Part shown: piece after piece, positions 43,382-55,508 of the stretch
Position numbering within the stretch: the stretch's first letter is position 1
How the letters are laid out: every line of letters starts with the position of its first letter
Source of the DNA: an uncultured Dehalococcoidales bacterium
Lineage (GTDB): Bacteria; Chloroflexota; Dehalococcoidia; GIF9; UBA5629
Length of the DNA stretch: 64,000 nt
Assembly: GCA_964548415.1 (NCBI GenBank)
Contig: CAZJQG010000008.1
Location: 1,541 to 65,540 of the forward strand
Direction: 5' to 3'
Made by a program: the position numbers and the translations under genes
Notes under the pieces: generated by a model
Told to the model about the DNA's origin: nothing
What the model saw: only the letters and a program-made list of their open reading frames with translations
Database searches by the model: none

Positions 43382-44239
43382 TTATGGGTCCAGCGTCTTC
43401 GCGGCCTGTTTCTTTTTTATGAAGGTATTCACGAAGTACGCATAATCGGTTTCTTTCTTGAGCAAAGTGCCCGCGAACGGAATATCGGTGGAAATTGCCT
43501 TATCCGATGTGCCGCTCGCCATGAGAACCCGAATCCAGTCTATAAGCTCGCTAGTCGACGGCTTCTTGCGGAAATCATCGATTTTTCGTAGCGTGTAGAA
43601 TGTGGCCAAAGCCTGACCAAGCAGGTTTTGTTTTATGTTGGGGAAGTGTACCCTGACTATTTCCTCCATGAGCTCGGGGTCGGGAAACTCGATGTAGTGA
43701 AATATGCAGCGACGGAGAAAGGCATCGGGTAGCTCTTTTTCCGCGTTGCTGGTTATAATCACGATCGGTCTGAACTCAGCAACCACCGTTTCACCCGTTT
43801 CGGTTATATAGAAACTCATCTCATCCAGTTCGTTGAGCAAGTCGTTGGGAAATTCCAGGTCGGCTTTGTCTATTTCATCTATAAGCAGCACCAACTCTTC
43901 CTTGGAGGCAAAGGCCTCGCCCAATTTGCCGAGTTTTATGTATTGCTTGATGTCTGATATATCTTTATCACCAAACCGGCTGTCGTTCAGTCTCTGCACC
44001 GTGTCGTATACATAAAGTCCTTCCTGAGCCTTGGTGGTGGATTTGATATTCCAGATAATTAATTTCTTGCCCAGCCCCTTGGCCACACTATGGGACAGCA
44101 GTGTTTTTCCTGTTCCGGGTTCGCCCCTTACCAGTAACGGCCTCTTTAGGGCGATGGAAACATTGACCGCATTTCTTAAAGATTCTGAAGTCACATAATC
44201 GGGAGAGCCTTTGAATTTGTCGAATCCTTCATTCTGCAT
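43382..44239 (-). CDS. MoxR/CoxD-like AAA+ ATPase (AAA_5)
   Basis: Walker A GEPGTGKT, Walker B LLIDEIDK, ...IVIITSN..., ...FLRRC... Confidence 0.8.
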   Translation of the reverse strand: MQNEGFDKFKGSPDYVTSESLRNAVNVSIALKRPLLVRGEPGTGKTLLSHSVAKGLGKKLIIWNIKSTTKAQEGLYVYDTVQRLNDSRFGDKDISDIKQYIKLGKLGEAFASKEELVLLIDEIDKADLEFPNDLLNELDEMSFYITETGETVVAEFRPIVIITSNAEKELPDAFLRRCIFHYIEFPDPELMEEIVRVHFPNIKQNLLGQALATFYTLRKIDDFRKKPSTSELIDWIRVLMASGTSDKAISTDIPFAGTLLKKETDYAYFVNTFIKKKQAAKTLDP

Positions 44240-44375
44240 TATACTTATTTTCCTCCGATTTAAAGCTTGTCGGCAGGCTAATTGTAGTGGATAAGTGAAG
44301 CTAAATCAATTTGAACGTGCTCAACGCCGAGATACTTTATTTGGGGGATTTTTCAGGAATGCCTTTGCAAACCTC

Positions 44376-44404
44376 TTGACAAGAAGATATAATAATAGTA
44401 TACT
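44376..44404 (+). promoter_or_regulatory. Putative sigma70-type promoter upstream of rpoB
   Basis: TTGACA (44376-44381), a 17-nt spacer, then TATACT (44399-44404). This leaves a leader of about 125 nt before the rpoB ATG. Confidence 0.4.
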
Positions 44405-44537
44405 GTATGTTTACTGCATTGATATGCCTATTAGACTGCTTAACGGATTTTTTCCCCATTGCTACTCTTAAGTAAATCTAACCTTGGTTAAAGAACCGCA
44501 GTTGAGACATTTGTCTTAATTTTCTGATGGGAGTGTT

Positions 44538-47500
44538 ATGTCTGTTTCATTAACATCTGACAAGCGAAAAGCCAGCCTGGAGACCAGAATATCCTTTGCC
44601 AAACTACCTACCGTTCTGGAGATACCCAATCTAATCAAAGTCCAGCTCGATTCATTTCGTTGGTTTCAAGAAGAGGGATTGAAGGAGCTTCTGGAAGAAG
44701 TTTCTCCAATCCACGATTTCACCGGTACCAGGCTGGAACTACATTTCATCGGCTATGAGTTCCGTGAGCCACCGTACAACATAGACCAGTGCCGCCAACG
44801 GGACATGACGTATGCCGCTCCGCTCTATGTCAGGGCCAGGCTTGTAGTAAAAGAGCCCAGGCAGGAGATACGAGAGCAGGAGATATTCTTCGGTGATTTC
44901 CCGCTGATGACGGACAAGGGCACCTTTATTATCAGCGGTGCTGAGAGAGTCGTAGTGAACCAGTTGCTACGCTCACCTGGCATCTACTTTAGCCTGCAGG
45001 AAGATGTGTCCACCGGTCGCGAGCTCTGCGCGGCTAAACTAATACCGGAACATGGTGCCTGGCTGGAGTTCGAGACATCCAATCGCGACGTAATCTTTGT
45101 AAAGGTCGACGGCAAGAGGAAGATCCCGGTAGCCATTTTGCTGCGTGCCATCGGTTATGACAACGATGCCGAGTTGATAAGTAACTTTCAGGAAGTAGAG
45201 ACATCCGCCGAGCACAGCTTTATACAGACTACAATTGAGAGAGAGCCCTCCGTCAAGACCAAACAGGAAGCTCTGGTAGACATATATAAAAGACTGCGCC
45301 CGGGGGAACCGCCTACAGTCGATAATGCACAGAACCTGCTAAATAACCTTTTCTTTAATCCCAGGCGCTACGACCTGGGCAGGGTCGGCCGATACAAGCT
45401 CAATCATCGGCTGGGCCTTAATATCGACGAAAGCCATCGCTGTTTAACTAAAGAAGATTTTATTGAGATAGTCAGGCATATCATCAAGATAAACAACGGC
45501 AGAGAAGAGCCTGACGATATTGACCACCTGCGCAATCGTCGGGTGAGGACTGCTGGCCATCTTATACAAAACCAGTTCCGGATCGGAATACTGCGTCTCG
45601 AGAGGACCATTAAGGAACGAATGAGTATCGTCGGTCCTGAAGCTGCCACACCGTCTACCTTAATTAATAACCGCCCGGTAGTGGCTGCGATGAGGGAGTT
45701 TTTCGGCGGTTCGCAGCTCTCACAGTTTATGGACCAGACGAATCCGCTGGCGGAACTGACGCATAAGAGGCGTCTTTCGGCCATGGGTCCCGGTGGCCTG
45801 TCCCGTGAGCGTGCCGGCTTTGATGTACGCGATGTTCACCATTCGCACTATGGGAAGATATGCCCTATAGAGACGCCAGAAGGTCCGAATATCGGCCTCA
45901 TTGGCTCTCTGGCCACTTACGCTTCAATTAATGATTACGGTTTTATCCAGACGCCGTACCGCAAAGTTATTCATGAGGTCCCCAATAGCACGGAAAAACT
46001 GCTTAACCGTACCGTTTTAGAGGATGTAACCACTAGCACCGGCAGGACAGTTATTGCCAAAAGAGGCTTAATTAGCAAAGAGATTGCCACGAAAATTGCC
46101 GCCCTTTCATCACGAAACATCAAGGTTGTTCCTTTTGTTTCGGACCGGATCGAATATCTGACCGCCGACGAGGAAGAAAAGTATGCCATTGCTCAGGCAA
46201 ATGCCATCCTCAACGAACAGAACGAATTTACAGAGGACAGGATCGGAGTTATAAGAGGCGGCAAATATCTCAAGGAAACCGCTGACAACATTGATTTTAT
46301 GGATGTATCGCCGAAGCAGGTATTCAGCGTTACAACTTCACTGATACCTTTCCTGGAGCATGACGATGCTAACAGGGCCTTGATGGGCTCGAATATGCAG
46401 CGTCAGGCGGTTCCTTTACTTCGTCCCGAGGCACCGGTGATAGCCACGGGTATGGAGAAGGAAGTAGCCAAATATAGCGGCCAGGTCGTTTTTGCCAGGG
46501 TCGATGGAGAGGTCGTTGAACTTGATAGTGGCCACATCACTATTGCCGAAGAAGATGGAAATATACATGACTACCCTCTGATGAAATTCATGCGGACAAA
46601 TCAGGGTACGTGTATAAATCAACGACCGGTTGTATCCAAAGGTGCCAAAGTAAAAAGAGGCCAGGTCATTGCCGATGGTTCGGCGACCGACCACGGCGAG
46701 CTGGCTCTGGGTCAGAATATAACTTGTGCTTTTATGAGCTGGCGCGGATACAATTTTGAAGACGCCGTTATCATCAGTGACAGATTGGTCAAGTATGACA
46801 GGTTCACATCTATCCATATAGAGAAGTATGAGATAGAAGCTCGTGAAACAAAGCTCGGTACCGAGGAGATTACTCGAGATATACCTAATGTGGGCGAAGA
46901 GAGCCTGCGGGATTTAGATGAGAACGGCATTATCAGGGTAGGTGCTGAAGTCGGGCCGGGCTCCATTCTGGTAGGTAAAATCAGCCCTAAAGGCGAGACG
47001 GAGCTCACTGCTGAAGAGAAGTTGCTGCGGGCTATATTTGGTGAAAAAGCCCGAGAGGTCAAAGATAGTTCGCTCAGGGTACCGCATGGTGAGTGGGGCA
47101 AGGTAATAGAAGTCAAGATTTTCACGCGAAGTAACAATGCCGATTTACCGGCAGGCGTGCATTCCCTGGTGCGGGTGTGGGTAGCCCAGAAGAGGAAAAT
47201 TTCCGTTGGCGACAAAATGGCTGGTCGCCACGGTAACAAGGGCGTGATTTCCTGTATCCTGCCTGAAGAAGATATGCCCTGTCTTCCTGACGGCAGGCCG
47301 GTAGATATAATCTTAAATCCAATCGGCGTACCGTCCCGTATGAACATAGGTCAAATTCTGGAAACCCATCTTGGCTGGGCGGCTGAAATACTCGGCCTTA
47401 AAGTGTTGAATCCCATTTTTGACGGGGCCAATGATGTAGCCATTGAAGACGCTTTGGCTAGAGCGTGGATAGTCCAGCAGGCGGGAGCCATTAATCCGCT

Positions 47501-48203
47501 GGCCGGTGACAGCAACGCTGCCGTTAATCTTGAACGGGCCAAGACATGGCTGGCTGATAACGGCTACAACGCGGAAAATGTATTCGATGATAATAATCCG
47601 GGAGAAGCCAAACGGGTTTGTCTTCGGTTATGGCTCGAAACGCTAGGTGTTAAGGTTACCGGGTTGAAAGATGAGCAAGTTGCCGAATTAGTCGATAAAG
47701 CTTATGTGGAACAGAAGCAGTCACCGCCGGTATTCGGTAAAGTGCTCCTACGTGATGGACGCACCGGTGACCCGTTTGACCAACCGGTGACTGTGGGCAA
47801 TATCTACATGATGAAACTTATTCATCTTGTCGAAGATAAAGTTCATGCCCGTTCTACCGGCCCTTACTCGCTGATAACGCAGCAGCCGCTTGGCGGGAAA
47901 GCCCAGTTCGGCGGACAGCGGTTCGGCGAAATGGAAGTATGGGCTCTGGAAGCCTACGGCGCCAGTCATACTCTTCAAGAACTGTTGACCGTTAAATCCG
48001 ATGACGTTGCCGGGCGTGCCAAGGCGTATGAGTCACTGGTTAAGGGAGAGGATATATTCCAACCCGGTGTCCCGGAATCTTTTAAGGTTTTGTTTATGGA
48101 ATTGCGCAGCCTCGGTCTTGCAGTCGAGCTGCTTAACGAAGAAGAGGAAATGGTTAGCTTCCTCGAAGAGCGTAAGAAGATTGGGACCAAACTCAAGGTT
48201 TAA
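44538..48203 (+). CDS. rpoB: DNA-directed RNA polymerase subunit beta
   Basis: 1221 aa. ...[16 protein letters not shown]..., ...NMQRQAVPL..., ...GRHGNKGV..., ...[18 protein letters not shown]. Confidence 0.98.
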   Translation: MSVSLTSDKRKASLETRISFAKLPTVLEIPNLIKVQLDSFRWFQEEGLKELLEEVSPIHDFTGTRLELHFIGYEFREPPYNIDQCRQRDMTYAAPLYVRARLVVKEPRQEIREQEIFFGDFPLMTDKGTFIISGAERVVVNQLLRSPGIYFSLQEDVSTGRELCAAKLIPEHGAWLEFETSNRDVIFVKVDGKRKIPVAILLRAIGYDNDAELISNFQEVETSAEHSFIQTTIEREPSVKTKQEALVDIYKRLRPGEPPTVDNAQNLLNNLFFNPRRYDLGRVGRYKLNHRLGLNIDESHRCLTKEDFIEIVRHIIKINNGREEPDDIDHLRNRRVRTAGHLIQNQFRIGILRLERTIKERMSIVGPEAATPSTLINNRPVVAAMREFFGGSQLSQFMDQTNPLAELTHKRRLSAMGPGGLSRERAGFDVRDVHHSHYGKICPIETPEGPNIGLIGSLATYASINDYGFIQTPYRKVIHEVPNSTEKLLNRTVLEDVTTSTGRTVIAKRGLISKEIATKIAALSSRNIKVVPFVSDRIEYLTADEEEKYAIAQANAILNEQNEFTEDRIGVIRGGKYLKETADNIDFMDVSPKQVFSVTTSLIPFLEHDDANRALMGSNMQRQAVPLLRPEAPVIATGMEKEVAKYSGQVVFARVDGEVVELDSGHITIAEEDGNIHDYPLMKFMRTNQGTCINQRPVVSKGAKVKRGQVIADGSATDHGELALGQNITCAFMSWRGYNFEDAVIISDRLVKYDRFTSIHIEKYEIEARETKLGTEEITRDIPNVGEESLRDLDENGIIRVGAEVGPGSILVGKISPKGETELTAEEKLLRAIFGEKAREVKDSSLRVPHGEWGKVIEVKIFTRSNNADLPAGVHSLVRVWVAQKRKISVGDKMAGRHGNKGVISCILPEEDMPCLPDGRPVDIILNPIGVPSRMNIGQILETHLGWAAEILGLKVLNPIFDGANDVAIEDALARAWIVQQAGAINPLAGDSNAAVNLERAKTWLADNGYNAENVFDDNNPGEAKRVCLRLWLETLGVKVTGLKDEQVAELVDKAYVEQKQSPPVFGKVLLRDGRTGDPFDQPVTVGNIYMMKLIHLVEDKVHARSTGPYSLITQQPLGGKAQFGGQRFGEMEVWALEAYGASHTLQELLTVKSDDVAGRAKAYESLVKGEDIFQPGVPESFKVLFMELRSLGLAVELLNEEEEMVSFLEERKKIGTKLKV

Positions 48204-48217
48204 GCTAAAGGAGATAG

Positions 48218-51200
48218 ATGACTGAGATCAATGATTTTAATGCTATTAGAATCTCGCTAGCTTCACCGGAGCAAATTAAAAGCTGGTCATACGGCGAGGT
48301 AACCGAGCCTGAAACGATTAACTATAGGACGTTGAAGCCGGAAAAAGACGGGCTTTTCTGCGAGAGAATATTCGGCCCGACTAAAAATTACGAATGTTAT
48401 TGCGGCAAGTATAAGAAAATACGCTACCGCGGCGTTACCTGCGATAGGTGCGGAGTTACGGTAGAGCATTCCAGGGTACGAAGGACCCGAATGGGTCACA
48501 TTGAACTGGCTGCTCCCGTGGCCCATATCTGGTTTGCCAAAGGTGTGCCCAGCCGGTTGGCCTTACTGCTGGATATTTCGCCTCGCAACCTGGAGAGGGT
48601 GCTTTATTTCGCCCAGTATATTGTGACTTCAGTTGACAGCTCAATTCGCGACGAACAGATTAAGAGGCTCAAGGAAAAAATGTCCCAGCTCGTCGGCGAG
48701 CAAGAGAGTCAACTGGAGAAGAAAGTCACCGAGATAGAAAAGAAGGACGGTGACGCTCCAGACCAGAGCGCTATAGAAACCATTAATCAGCTGCGCCGCG
48801 AGTTCGGCGACAAGAGAGCCGAGCTTGAAAGTGAATATCACGAAAGAATTTCCGGGCTGGAAAACGTGCGTGAGTTAAGGCTGCTCGCGGAAAACCAGTA
48901 TCAATTAATAAAACAAGAATACGGTGACTTTTTCACGGTCGCCATGGGAGCTGAGGCTATACTTGATGTGCTTAAAGGCATAGACCTGGAGAAGCTGCGC
49001 CATGATTTGATTGAAGAGGTCCGTTCCAGTTCAGGTCAGCGCCGCAAGAAAGCCAGCAAGCGACTGCGTGTAGTGGAGGCTTTTTGGCGAAGCGGTAACA
49101 AGCCTGAGTGGATGATTTTGACCGTGCTCCCGGTATTACCTCCCGAACTTCGACCAATCGTTCAATTGGATGGAGGCCGGTTTGCCACCAGCGACCTCAA
49201 TGACCTTTATCGTCGAGTGATCAACCGCAATAACCGGCTGAGGCGTCTTATTGATTTGGGGGCCCCGGAGATAATCATTCGCAATGAAAAGCGGATGCTT
49301 CAAGAAGCGGTGGATGCCCTGATCGATAGCGGCCGAAAAGGACGTACTCCTCTGGTTAGCGGAGCTCATAAATTGAAGTCGCTGTCCGACATGCTCAGGG
49401 GCAAGCAGGGTCGTTTCCGCCAGAACCTTCTGGGTAAACGCGTCGACTATAGCGGACGCTCGGTCATCGTTGTTGGTCCAGAATTGAAACTTCATCAGTG
49501 TGGTCTGCCCAAGCATATGGCACTGGAGCTGTTCAAGCCTTTCGTTATGCGCCGGCTGATAGAACAGGGTTTTGCACATAACATCAAAAGCGCTAGACGA
49601 CAGGTAGAAAAAGCCAGGCCAGAGGTCTGGGATATCCTTTCTGAAGTGGTTAAAGAGCGTCCCGTATTGCTGAACCGAGCGCCGACTTTGCATCGCTTAA
49701 GCGTACAGGCTTTCGAGCCGGTACTTATCGACGGTAGCGCTATACAGATTCATCCGTTAGTGTGTGCCGCGTTCAACGCCGACTTCGATGGCGACCAGAT
49801 GGCCGTCCACGTGCCGCTAGCACGAGCGGCGGTTCAAGAAGCCAGAGAAAAGATGCTCAGCGTTTATAACATGTTGCTGCCCAGTTCCGGCGAGCCGATA
49901 ATGACGCCCACTCTGGATATGGTGCTGGGCTGCTATTATCTGACTAATATCAGACCCGGAACCAAGGGCGAGGGAATGATTTTTCATGATTTCGAAGAAG
50001 CTAAACTCGCCTACGATCTTGGTATTGTAAACCTGGATGCCGAAATACAGGTCAGGGCTGAGGCTGCGGATGTCGACAGGCTGACGACGAGTGTCGGCCG
50101 GATTTTGTTTAATGAAATATTGCCGCTGGAGTTCCGGTTCCTTAACAAGGTGATGGACAAAGCCGCCTTAAAGACGTTGGTGCTGGATTGCTACCGGTCA
50201 TTGGGTAACGTGCCCACCGTAGATATGCTGGACAGCCTCAAGCGGCTCGGTTTCGAGTATGCCACCAAATCAGGCACTACCATTGCGGCTAAAGATATCG
50301 AGGTGCCGCGGGATAAGGCAAAACTACTGGAAGAGGGTGACGAAAAAATTGCCGTCATCGAAAGCCAGTTTAACCGTGGTTTGATTACGGACGATGAACG
50401 TTATTCAAGCGCCATTGAGGTCTGGACGGAGACGACCGATAAAATAACAGAAACCATTTCGCAGTCATTGGACCGCTATGGTGGCATCTATATGATGGCT
50501 ACCTCGGGTGCCAAAGGTAATATTTCTCAGATAAGACAGATGGCCGGCATGCGAGGGTTGATGACCGACCCCTCGGGTAGAATTATAGACTTCCCCATCA
50601 AGGCTAGTTTTCGAGAGGGCCTATCGGTTATGGAATATTTCATTTCCACACACGGCGCACGCAAAGGCCTGGCCGACACGGCTTTGAGGACTTCAGACGC
50701 TGGCTATCTTACCCGCCGTCTTATCGATGTCGCCCAGGACCGGATCATATTCGAAGAGGACTGCGGTACTGAAGAGGGTATCTGGCTCTTTGAGAAACCG
50801 GAAAAGGGGCTGCTGGCTTCACTTGACGAACGCTTGCTTGGCCGTCTGGCTGCGGCTGACATTGCCGACCCGAAAACGGGCGAGATAATTGTTCATTTAA
50901 ATGAGGAAATAGACGAAGACAAAGCGGCGCTGATTAAAAAGGCAGGTATCACACAGGCATACGTCAGGTCGCCGCTTAGCTGTCATTCGCGGCGTGGCTT
51001 GTGCAAGAACTGTTACGGGCGTGACCTCGGACGCAGAGGCCTGGTAGGAGAGGGCACGGCGGTAGGCATTATCGCCGCCCAGAGCATCGGCGAGCCCGGT
51101 ACGCAGTTAACTCTCAGAACCTTCCATACCGGCGGTGTGGTTGGAGCGGATATCACCAGCGGTTTGCCTCGCGTAGAGGAACTATTCGAAGCCAGGGTGC

Positions 51201-52216
51201 CAAAGGGGCTGGCCGTGCTGTCAGAAATAGACGGCGTCGTCGATGTCATTGAGACTCAGGATATGCGCCGGATAAAAGTTACGAGTTCAGAGTCGTATCT
51301 GGACGAGTACCCATTGCCTGCAAAGGCTGAAATTGCAGTGACCAATGGCCAGTGGGTTGAAGCCGGTACTCTATTGGCTAACATAACCGAACCAAAGAAG
51401 AAAACAGAAAAAACCAAGAAGGTTGCTGTCAAAGAAGAACGCCCCATGATTGCCAGGGTTGCTGGAAATGTGGTTATCGAGAACAAACATCTTTTCATCA
51501 AGTATGATGAAGTGGAAGAACGCGAGTACATAATTCCCTCCGGCAGCCACATCCGTGTTAAATCGGGCGACAGGGTCAAGGCTGGCGACCAGCTAATAGA
51601 TGGTGCTGTAGACCCGCAGGACATCCTGCGTATCATGGGAAGGGAAGCGGTACAGCAGTATCTTGTTGAAGAGGTTCAGAAAGTGTATCGCTCCCAGGGT
51701 GTTAACATCAACGACAAACACATCGAGATAATCGTCCGCCAGATGTTGAGGCGGGTACGGGTCGAATCACCCGGAGATACCGAACTCTTATCCGGCGACC
51801 TGGTAGACCGTTTCGAGTACGAGAGCATTAACGCCAAGGTCCTGGCTGAAGGCGGGGAACCGGCCACCGCTCAAACCGTTCTTCTCGGCATCACCCGAGG
51901 TTCATTGAATACGGGCAGCTGGTTAGCAGCCGCGTCGTTCCAGGAGACCACCAGGGTGCTCACAGAAGCCGCTATCTGGGGCCGGACCGATAAGCTGCTC
52001 GGCCTCAAGGAGAATGTAATTATCGGTAAGCTGATACCTTATCAGGGGACTCTGTCAGCCGTAGTTATAGGGGAAGCAGCGCAGCCAGGTCAATTAGAGG
52101 CTCCGGCAGCGGCTGAACCCGGACTGTTATCCGAGCTACAGGCTGCGGTAGCCACGGAAAACGAGCTGGCGCCTGAGATTGAACCGCAGAAAGAATCAGA
52201 CACAGGCGATAAGTAA
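48218..52216 (+). CDS. rpoC: DNA-directed RNA polymerase subunit beta'
   Basis: 1332 aa. Zinc site [20 protein letters not shown], catalytic [14 protein letters not shown], and ...RGLMTDPSG... Confidence 0.98.
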   Translation: MTEINDFNAIRISLASPEQIKSWSYGEVTEPETINYRTLKPEKDGLFCERIFGPTKNYECYCGKYKKIRYRGVTCDRCGVTVEHSRVRRTRMGHIELAAPVAHIWFAKGVPSRLALLLDISPRNLERVLYFAQYIVTSVDSSIRDEQIKRLKEKMSQLVGEQESQLEKKVTEIEKKDGDAPDQSAIETINQLRREFGDKRAELESEYHERISGLENVRELRLLAENQYQLIKQEYGDFFTVAMGAEAILDVLKGIDLEKLRHDLIEEVRSSSGQRRKKASKRLRVVEAFWRSGNKPEWMILTVLPVLPPELRPIVQLDGGRFATSDLNDLYRRVINRNNRLRRLIDLGAPEIIIRNEKRMLQEAVDALIDSGRKGRTPLVSGAHKLKSLSDMLRGKQGRFRQNLLGKRVDYSGRSVIVVGPELKLHQCGLPKHMALELFKPFVMRRLIEQGFAHNIKSARRQVEKARPEVWDILSEVVKERPVLLNRAPTLHRLSVQAFEPVLIDGSAIQIHPLVCAAFNADFDGDQMAVHVPLARAAVQEAREKMLSVYNMLLPSSGEPIMTPTLDMVLGCYYLTNIRPGTKGEGMIFHDFEEAKLAYDLGIVNLDAEIQVRAEAADVDRLTTSVGRILFNEILPLEFRFLNKVMDKAALKTLVLDCYRSLGNVPTVDMLDSLKRLGFEYATKSGTTIAAKDIEVPRDKAKLLEEGDEKIAVIESQFNRGLITDDERYSSAIEVWTETTDKITETISQSLDRYGGIYMMATSGAKGNISQIRQMAGMRGLMTDPSGRIIDFPIKASFREGLSVMEYFISTHGARKGLADTALRTSDAGYLTRRLIDVAQDRIIFEEDCGTEEGIWLFEKPEKGLLASLDERLLGRLAAADIADPKTGEIIVHLNEEIDEDKAALIKKAGITQAYVRSPLSCHSRRGLCKNCYGRDLGRRGLVGEGTAVGIIAAQSIGEPGTQLTLRTFHTGGVVGADITSGLPRVEELFEARVPKGLAVLSEIDGVVDVIETQDMRRIKVTSSESYLDEYPLPAKAEIAVTNGQWVEAGTLLANITEPKKKTEKTKKVAVKEERPMIARVAGNVVIENKHLFIKYDEVEEREYIIPSGSHIRVKSGDRVKAGDQLIDGAVDPQDILRIMGREAVQQYLVEEVQKVYRSQGVNINDKHIEIIVRQMLRRVRVESPGDTELLSGDLVDRFEYESINAKVLAEGGEPATAQTVLLGITRGSLNTGSWLAAASFQETTRVLTEAAIWGRTDKLLGLKENVIIGKLIPYQGTLSAVVIGEAAQPGQLEAPAAAEPGLLSELQAAVATENELAPEIEPQKESDTGDK

Positions 52217-52236
52217 AGAAGTATAATACGCGAAAT

Positions 52237-52268
52237 AAAAATCCTCGCCCACCGGCGGGGATTTTTTT
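52237..52268 (+). terminator. Rho-independent terminator after rpoC
   Basis: Stem atcctcgcc / ggcggggat (one G-U pair), loop cacc, followed by a T7 tract. Confidence 0.75.
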
Positions 52269-52329
52269 ATTCTTTAGTTTGCCAAAACCTCTATGTGATA
52301 TAATTTCAACAAGTTTGGATGGCTTCCTG

Positions 52330-53376
52330 ATGAAAGAAAAGGAAACGAAGACACGGATAGTTTCAGGTAAGCCCAGCGTTGATGATGTTTCCCTCGACAC
52401 CAACCTCCGTCCGAGACGCCTGACCGATTTCATCGGGCAAGACAAGGTCAAGGGTAATCTCGAAATAGCGATTGCCGCAGCCAAAAAACGAGGAGAGCCA
52501 TTAGACCATGTACTTCTGTACGGACCTCCGGGTTTGGGAAAAACTACTTTAGCCTTTATAATCGCCGCCGAGATGGGTGTCAATGTCAGGATAAGCTCGG
52601 GTCCGGCAATAGAACGGCCGGGAGACTTGGCGTCTATATTGACTAACCTGCAGAAAAACGACGGCTTTTTCATAGACGAAATTCACCGTCTCAGCCGGCC
52701 GGTGGAAGAAATACTCTATCCGGCTATGGAAGATTTTGCTATTGACATAATCCTGGGTAAAGGTCCGGGTGCCAGAAGCCTGCGCTTGAGCTTACCCCGG
52801 TTCACCTTGATTGGGGCCACCACTCGCTTTGCCCTCATGAGCCCGCCGTTGAGGGACAGGTTCGGCGCCATCTACAGGCTCGATTTCTACGATGAGCCTG
52901 CTATCGAAGCCATTTTAAAACGTTCGGCCGGCATACTAAAAATAGAAATCGATGAAGCTGGCATCCGCCAGATTGCCTGCCGGGCCAGGGGAACGCCCCG
53001 CGTAGCCAACAGGCTGCTCAAGCGCGTCCGGGATTACGCTCAGGTAAAGGCCGACGGTGCCATTACGGAATCGCTTGCTATCGAGGCCCTGTCCAAACTG
53101 GAGATAGACCCCATTGGACTGGACGAGATAGACCATAAAGTTATCCGCACTATAATCGAGAAATTCGATGGCGGACCTGTGGGGCTGGAAACGATTGCCG
53201 CCTCTATCAGTGAAGAAGCCGATACTATTATGGATGTTTACGAGCCGTATCTGCTTCAGCTCGGGTTCCTGGAGCGTACTCCGCGCGGCAGAGTAGCTAC
53301 CCGGCTCGCCTGCGAGCACCTCGGTGTAGCCTATAAGAGAGGCAAATCGGCTCAGCCAGGTCTCTGGGAATCTTAA
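52330..53376 (+). CDS. ruvB: Holliday junction branch migration helicase RuvB
   Basis: [19 protein letters not shown]...[14 protein letters not shown]...FIDEIHRL...[10 protein letters not shown]. Start moved to ATG 52330. Confidence 0.93.
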   Translation: MKEKETKTRIVSGKPSVDDVSLDTNLRPRRLTDFIGQDKVKGNLEIAIAAAKKRGEPLDHVLLYGPPGLGKTTLAFIIAAEMGVNVRISSGPAIERPGDLASILTNLQKNDGFFIDEIHRLSRPVEEILYPAMEDFAIDIILGKGPGARSLRLSLPRFTLIGATTRFALMSPPLRDRFGAIYRLDFYDEPAIEAILKRSAGILKIEIDEAGIRQIACRARGTPRVANRLLKRVRDYAQVKADGAITESLAIEALSKLEIDPIGLDEIDHKVIRTIIEKFDGGPVGLETIAASISEEADTIMDVYEPYLLQLGFLERTPRGRVATRLACEHLGVAYKRGKSAQPGLWES

Positions 53377-53388
53377 ACGTATATTTAT

Positions 53389-53832
53389 ATGATGGGCTTT
53401 AAAAGCGCATCTACCGCGTTACTTCTTTCCGTATTGCTGTTACTGCCTTTAGCCTGCCAGCCGCCCTCGCAGTTCGTTACCGTTACCAAAGTTATCGATG
53501 GTGATACCATCGTTATCGAAGGCGGAACCCACGTACGCTACATAGGTATAGATTCGCCGGAGAGAGATGAGCCGTACTACGCAGAAGCAATGCAGATGAA
53601 TGAAGACCTGGTAGAGGGCAAGGAGGTCAGGCTGGAAAGCGATGTTACCGACAAGGATGAATATGGAAGGCTACTCCGATACGTCTACGCGGGTGATACT
53701 TTTGTCAACGCGGAAATGGTAAGGCAGGGTTGGGCATGGTCCACTGCCTTTCCGCCGGACATTAAATATCAGGGCTACCTGGAAGCCATGGAAAATGAGG
53801 CCAAACAACTCAAGCGTGGGTTCTGGCAATAG
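53389..53832 (+). CDS. Secreted thermonuclease (staphylococcal nuclease, SNase-like)
   Basis: Signal peptide, then VIDGDTIVIEGGTHVRYIGIDSPE...YGRLLRYVY...N.EMVRQGWA. Confidence 0.8.
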   Translation: MMGFKSASTALLLSVLLLLPLACQPPSQFVTVTKVIDGDTIVIEGGTHVRYIGIDSPERDEPYYAEAMQMNEDLVEGKEVRLESDVTDKDEYGRLLRYVYAGDTFVNAEMVRQGWAWSTAFPPDIKYQGYLEAMENEAKQLKRGFWQ

Positions 53833-53850
53833 GTCTGAGCTACTTGAAGA

Positions 53851-54792
53851 TTAGCGAACGGACTTGCTCGACAAATGTAATGGTTTACCGCTGGTCCGTT
53901 TAGGGTATTTCTCCAGCAACGCCGGACCAAGAATCAGTATCACGGACAGCAGAATAAGGCCTATCCAGCCAACGGGGTTAATAGAACTTTTGCGGCTCAG
54001 GGCCATTATTCCCAGGATGATAATCTCAAGCGTTAACAGGACACCCACTTTAAGCCAGCGCTGCCTGACGCGAATAAATGTAGCTACGGTTAGCGCCAGA
54101 ACGGCGAAGGTTAAAGCAATCAGAGGGGCGAACTCATAAAGTTGCTCATACGATAAAAATCCGTGGTGCCCTTCGAGGGCCAGTATCCAGAGCCACATTA
54201 TCCAGCCCAGCATTATCGGAGCCGGCAATAACATCAACGAAGCAAATACCCAGTCTTTTTTGGCGATTTTCTTGGTTACGGAGAATATGATCAAAAGGGC
54301 TAGTGGAACATATGCCGAAGCAGCCAGCCAGGCCCAGCCGCCGGGCAAATATACCAGCAGTATGCCCACTGCAATCACCGGTATCAGGCAATAGCCCAGC
54401 CACGGGAAAAGCCACGCGGGCTTGCCGTGGAACCAGCCGTAAATAGCTCCACCGACAACTGCCGCCAGAATGCCGATAAGCCAGAAGGTGCTCTGCCACC
54501 AATGCAGGGCGAAAAAGGCTGCCACCAGCAGGTGAGGTAATGCAGCAAAGATAGCCTGAACCCAGCTTCCCTGACTGTAGACTTCATATATCTGCTTGGC
54601 GACCAGTTCCGGGGAACCCATAGAGCGGCATACGGCTCTGTTGGCTTCTTTTTCCGAAAGACCGGATTCAATTAGCTCGTGCTTTTTATCTTCGATATGT
54701 GCCCGTATTTCACGCACCACGTCGTTTTCAACTACGGCATCAAGCCGCATATGATGCTTCAGGTTATCGGTGTATTTTGATTTAACCGACAT
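53851..54792 (-). CDS. Polytopic membrane protein with cytoplasmic helical N-terminal domain, partner of the PadR regulator
   Basis: N-terminus ...REIRAHIEDKKHELIESGLSEKEANRAVCRSMGSPELVAKQIYE followed by about 8 TM helices. Lies 5 nt downstream of padR. Confidence 0.55.
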   Translation of the reverse strand: MSVKSKYTDNLKHHMRLDAVVENDVVREIRAHIEDKKHELIESGLSEKEANRAVCRSMGSPELVAKQIYEVYSQGSWVQAIFAALPHLLVAAFFALHWWQSTFWLIGILAAVVGGAIYGWFHGKPAWLFPWLGYCLIPVIAVGILLVYLPGGWAWLAASAYVPLALLIIFSVTKKIAKKDWVFASLMLLPAPIMLGWIMWLWILALEGHHGFLSYEQLYEFAPLIALTFAVLALTVATFIRVRQRWLKVGVLLTLEIIILGIMALSRKSSINPVGWIGLILLSVILILGPALLEKYPKRTSGKPLHLSSKSVR

Positions 54793-54797
54793 GGCAT

Positions 54798-55169
54798 TTA
54801 ACCGGATGGTTCCATAATTAAAGCCACGGCCGCAGCGAAGTTTTGCCAGACCGCCATTCTTTCAGCCAGCGACTTTTGTCCTTTAGCGGTTATATAGTAG
54901 TAGCGCCTTTCCTGGCCGCTGGGCAGTTTTTGCCACTTGCCTTCCAGAAGTCCGGCTCTCTCCAGCCGGTGCAGGGCGGGGTACAAAGTTCCTTCCTTAA
55001 ACTGGAAATAACCTTTGCTTCCCTTTTCCAGCTCCTTGATGATTTTATAGCCGTAAGTTGGCTGGCGATTGATCAAGCTAAGTAGCAAAGAGTCGGTGTT
55101 GCCTTTCAGTAATTCACGTTCGTAATTCACTTTTTGCACCTCGCTTAAATTTCGGTTTTCAATAAGCAT
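54798..55169 (-). CDS. PadR-family transcriptional regulator
   Basis: ...LLLSLINRQPTYGYKIIKELE...GTLYPALHRLERAGLLEGKW... Confidence 0.85.
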   Translation of the reverse strand: MLIENRNLSEVQKVNYERELLKGNTDSLLLSLINRQPTYGYKIIKELEKGSKGYFQFKEGTLYPALHRLERAGLLEGKWQKLPSGQERRYYYITAKGQKSLAERMAVWQNFAAAVALIMEPSG

Positions 55170-55206
55170 AACATCGGGCGGTCATACCGTCAACTCGAAG
55201 CTATAT

Positions 55207-55236
55207 TTGACAAAAGTGACGTTTTAAGGTTATATT
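55207..55236 (+). promoter_or_regulatory. Putative sigma70-type promoter of the 5S rRNA gene
   Basis: TTGACA (55207-55212), then TTATAT after a 17-nt spacer or TATATT after an 18-nt spacer. It ends about 17 nt before the mature 5S 5' end. Confidence 0.5.
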
Positions 55237-55252
55237 ATAAGTAAGTAAAAAT

Positions 55253-55372
55253 CCTCTGGTGGTTAGAGCGAGGTGGTACCACCCGTTCCCATCCCGAACA
55301 CGGAAGTGAAACGCCTCAGCGCAGACGATACTGGGGGGGTAACTCTTTGGGAAAATATGCCACTGCCAGGGG
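55253..55372 (+). rRNA. rrf: 5S ribosomal RNA, not linked to 16S/23S in this window
   Basis: cctctggtggttagagcgaggtggtaccacccgttcccatcccgaacacggaagtgaaacgcctcagcgcagacgatactggggg...ccactgccagggg. It has the universal CCCGAAC/GAAGU loop region, and the 5' and 3' ends pair as helix I. A T-rich tract follows. The minus-strand track ORF 55201-55449 is spurious. Confidence 0.85.
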
Positions 55373-55437
55373 GTTTTCTTCAAATTTAGAACGAAATAAT
55401 AAACGTTCGACATCAAAATTCCAAATATCCCATCGCT

Positions 55438-55466
55438 TTGACACCTCAAATTAAACGTCCTATAAT
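55438..55466 (+). promoter_or_regulatory. Putative consensus sigma70-type promoter of clpC
   Basis: TTGACA (55438-55443), a 17-nt spacer, then TATAAT (55461-55466), about 42 nt before the clpC ATG. Confidence 0.55.
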
Positions 55467-55508
55467 TCAGGCTAATACACTAGAGCAGGTTGAATAGCAG
55501 AAAGAGAC

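Noticed and set aside
55201-55449. Minus-strand ORF of 82 aa
   Set aside because: It lies directly over the 5S rRNA gene and its promoter, so it is a spurious reading frame.
55373-55508. CtsR operator or other heat-shock element in front of clpC
   Set aside because: I saw no GGTCAAA-type tandem repeat and no CIRCE-like inverted repeat, only a consensus sigma70-type promoter.
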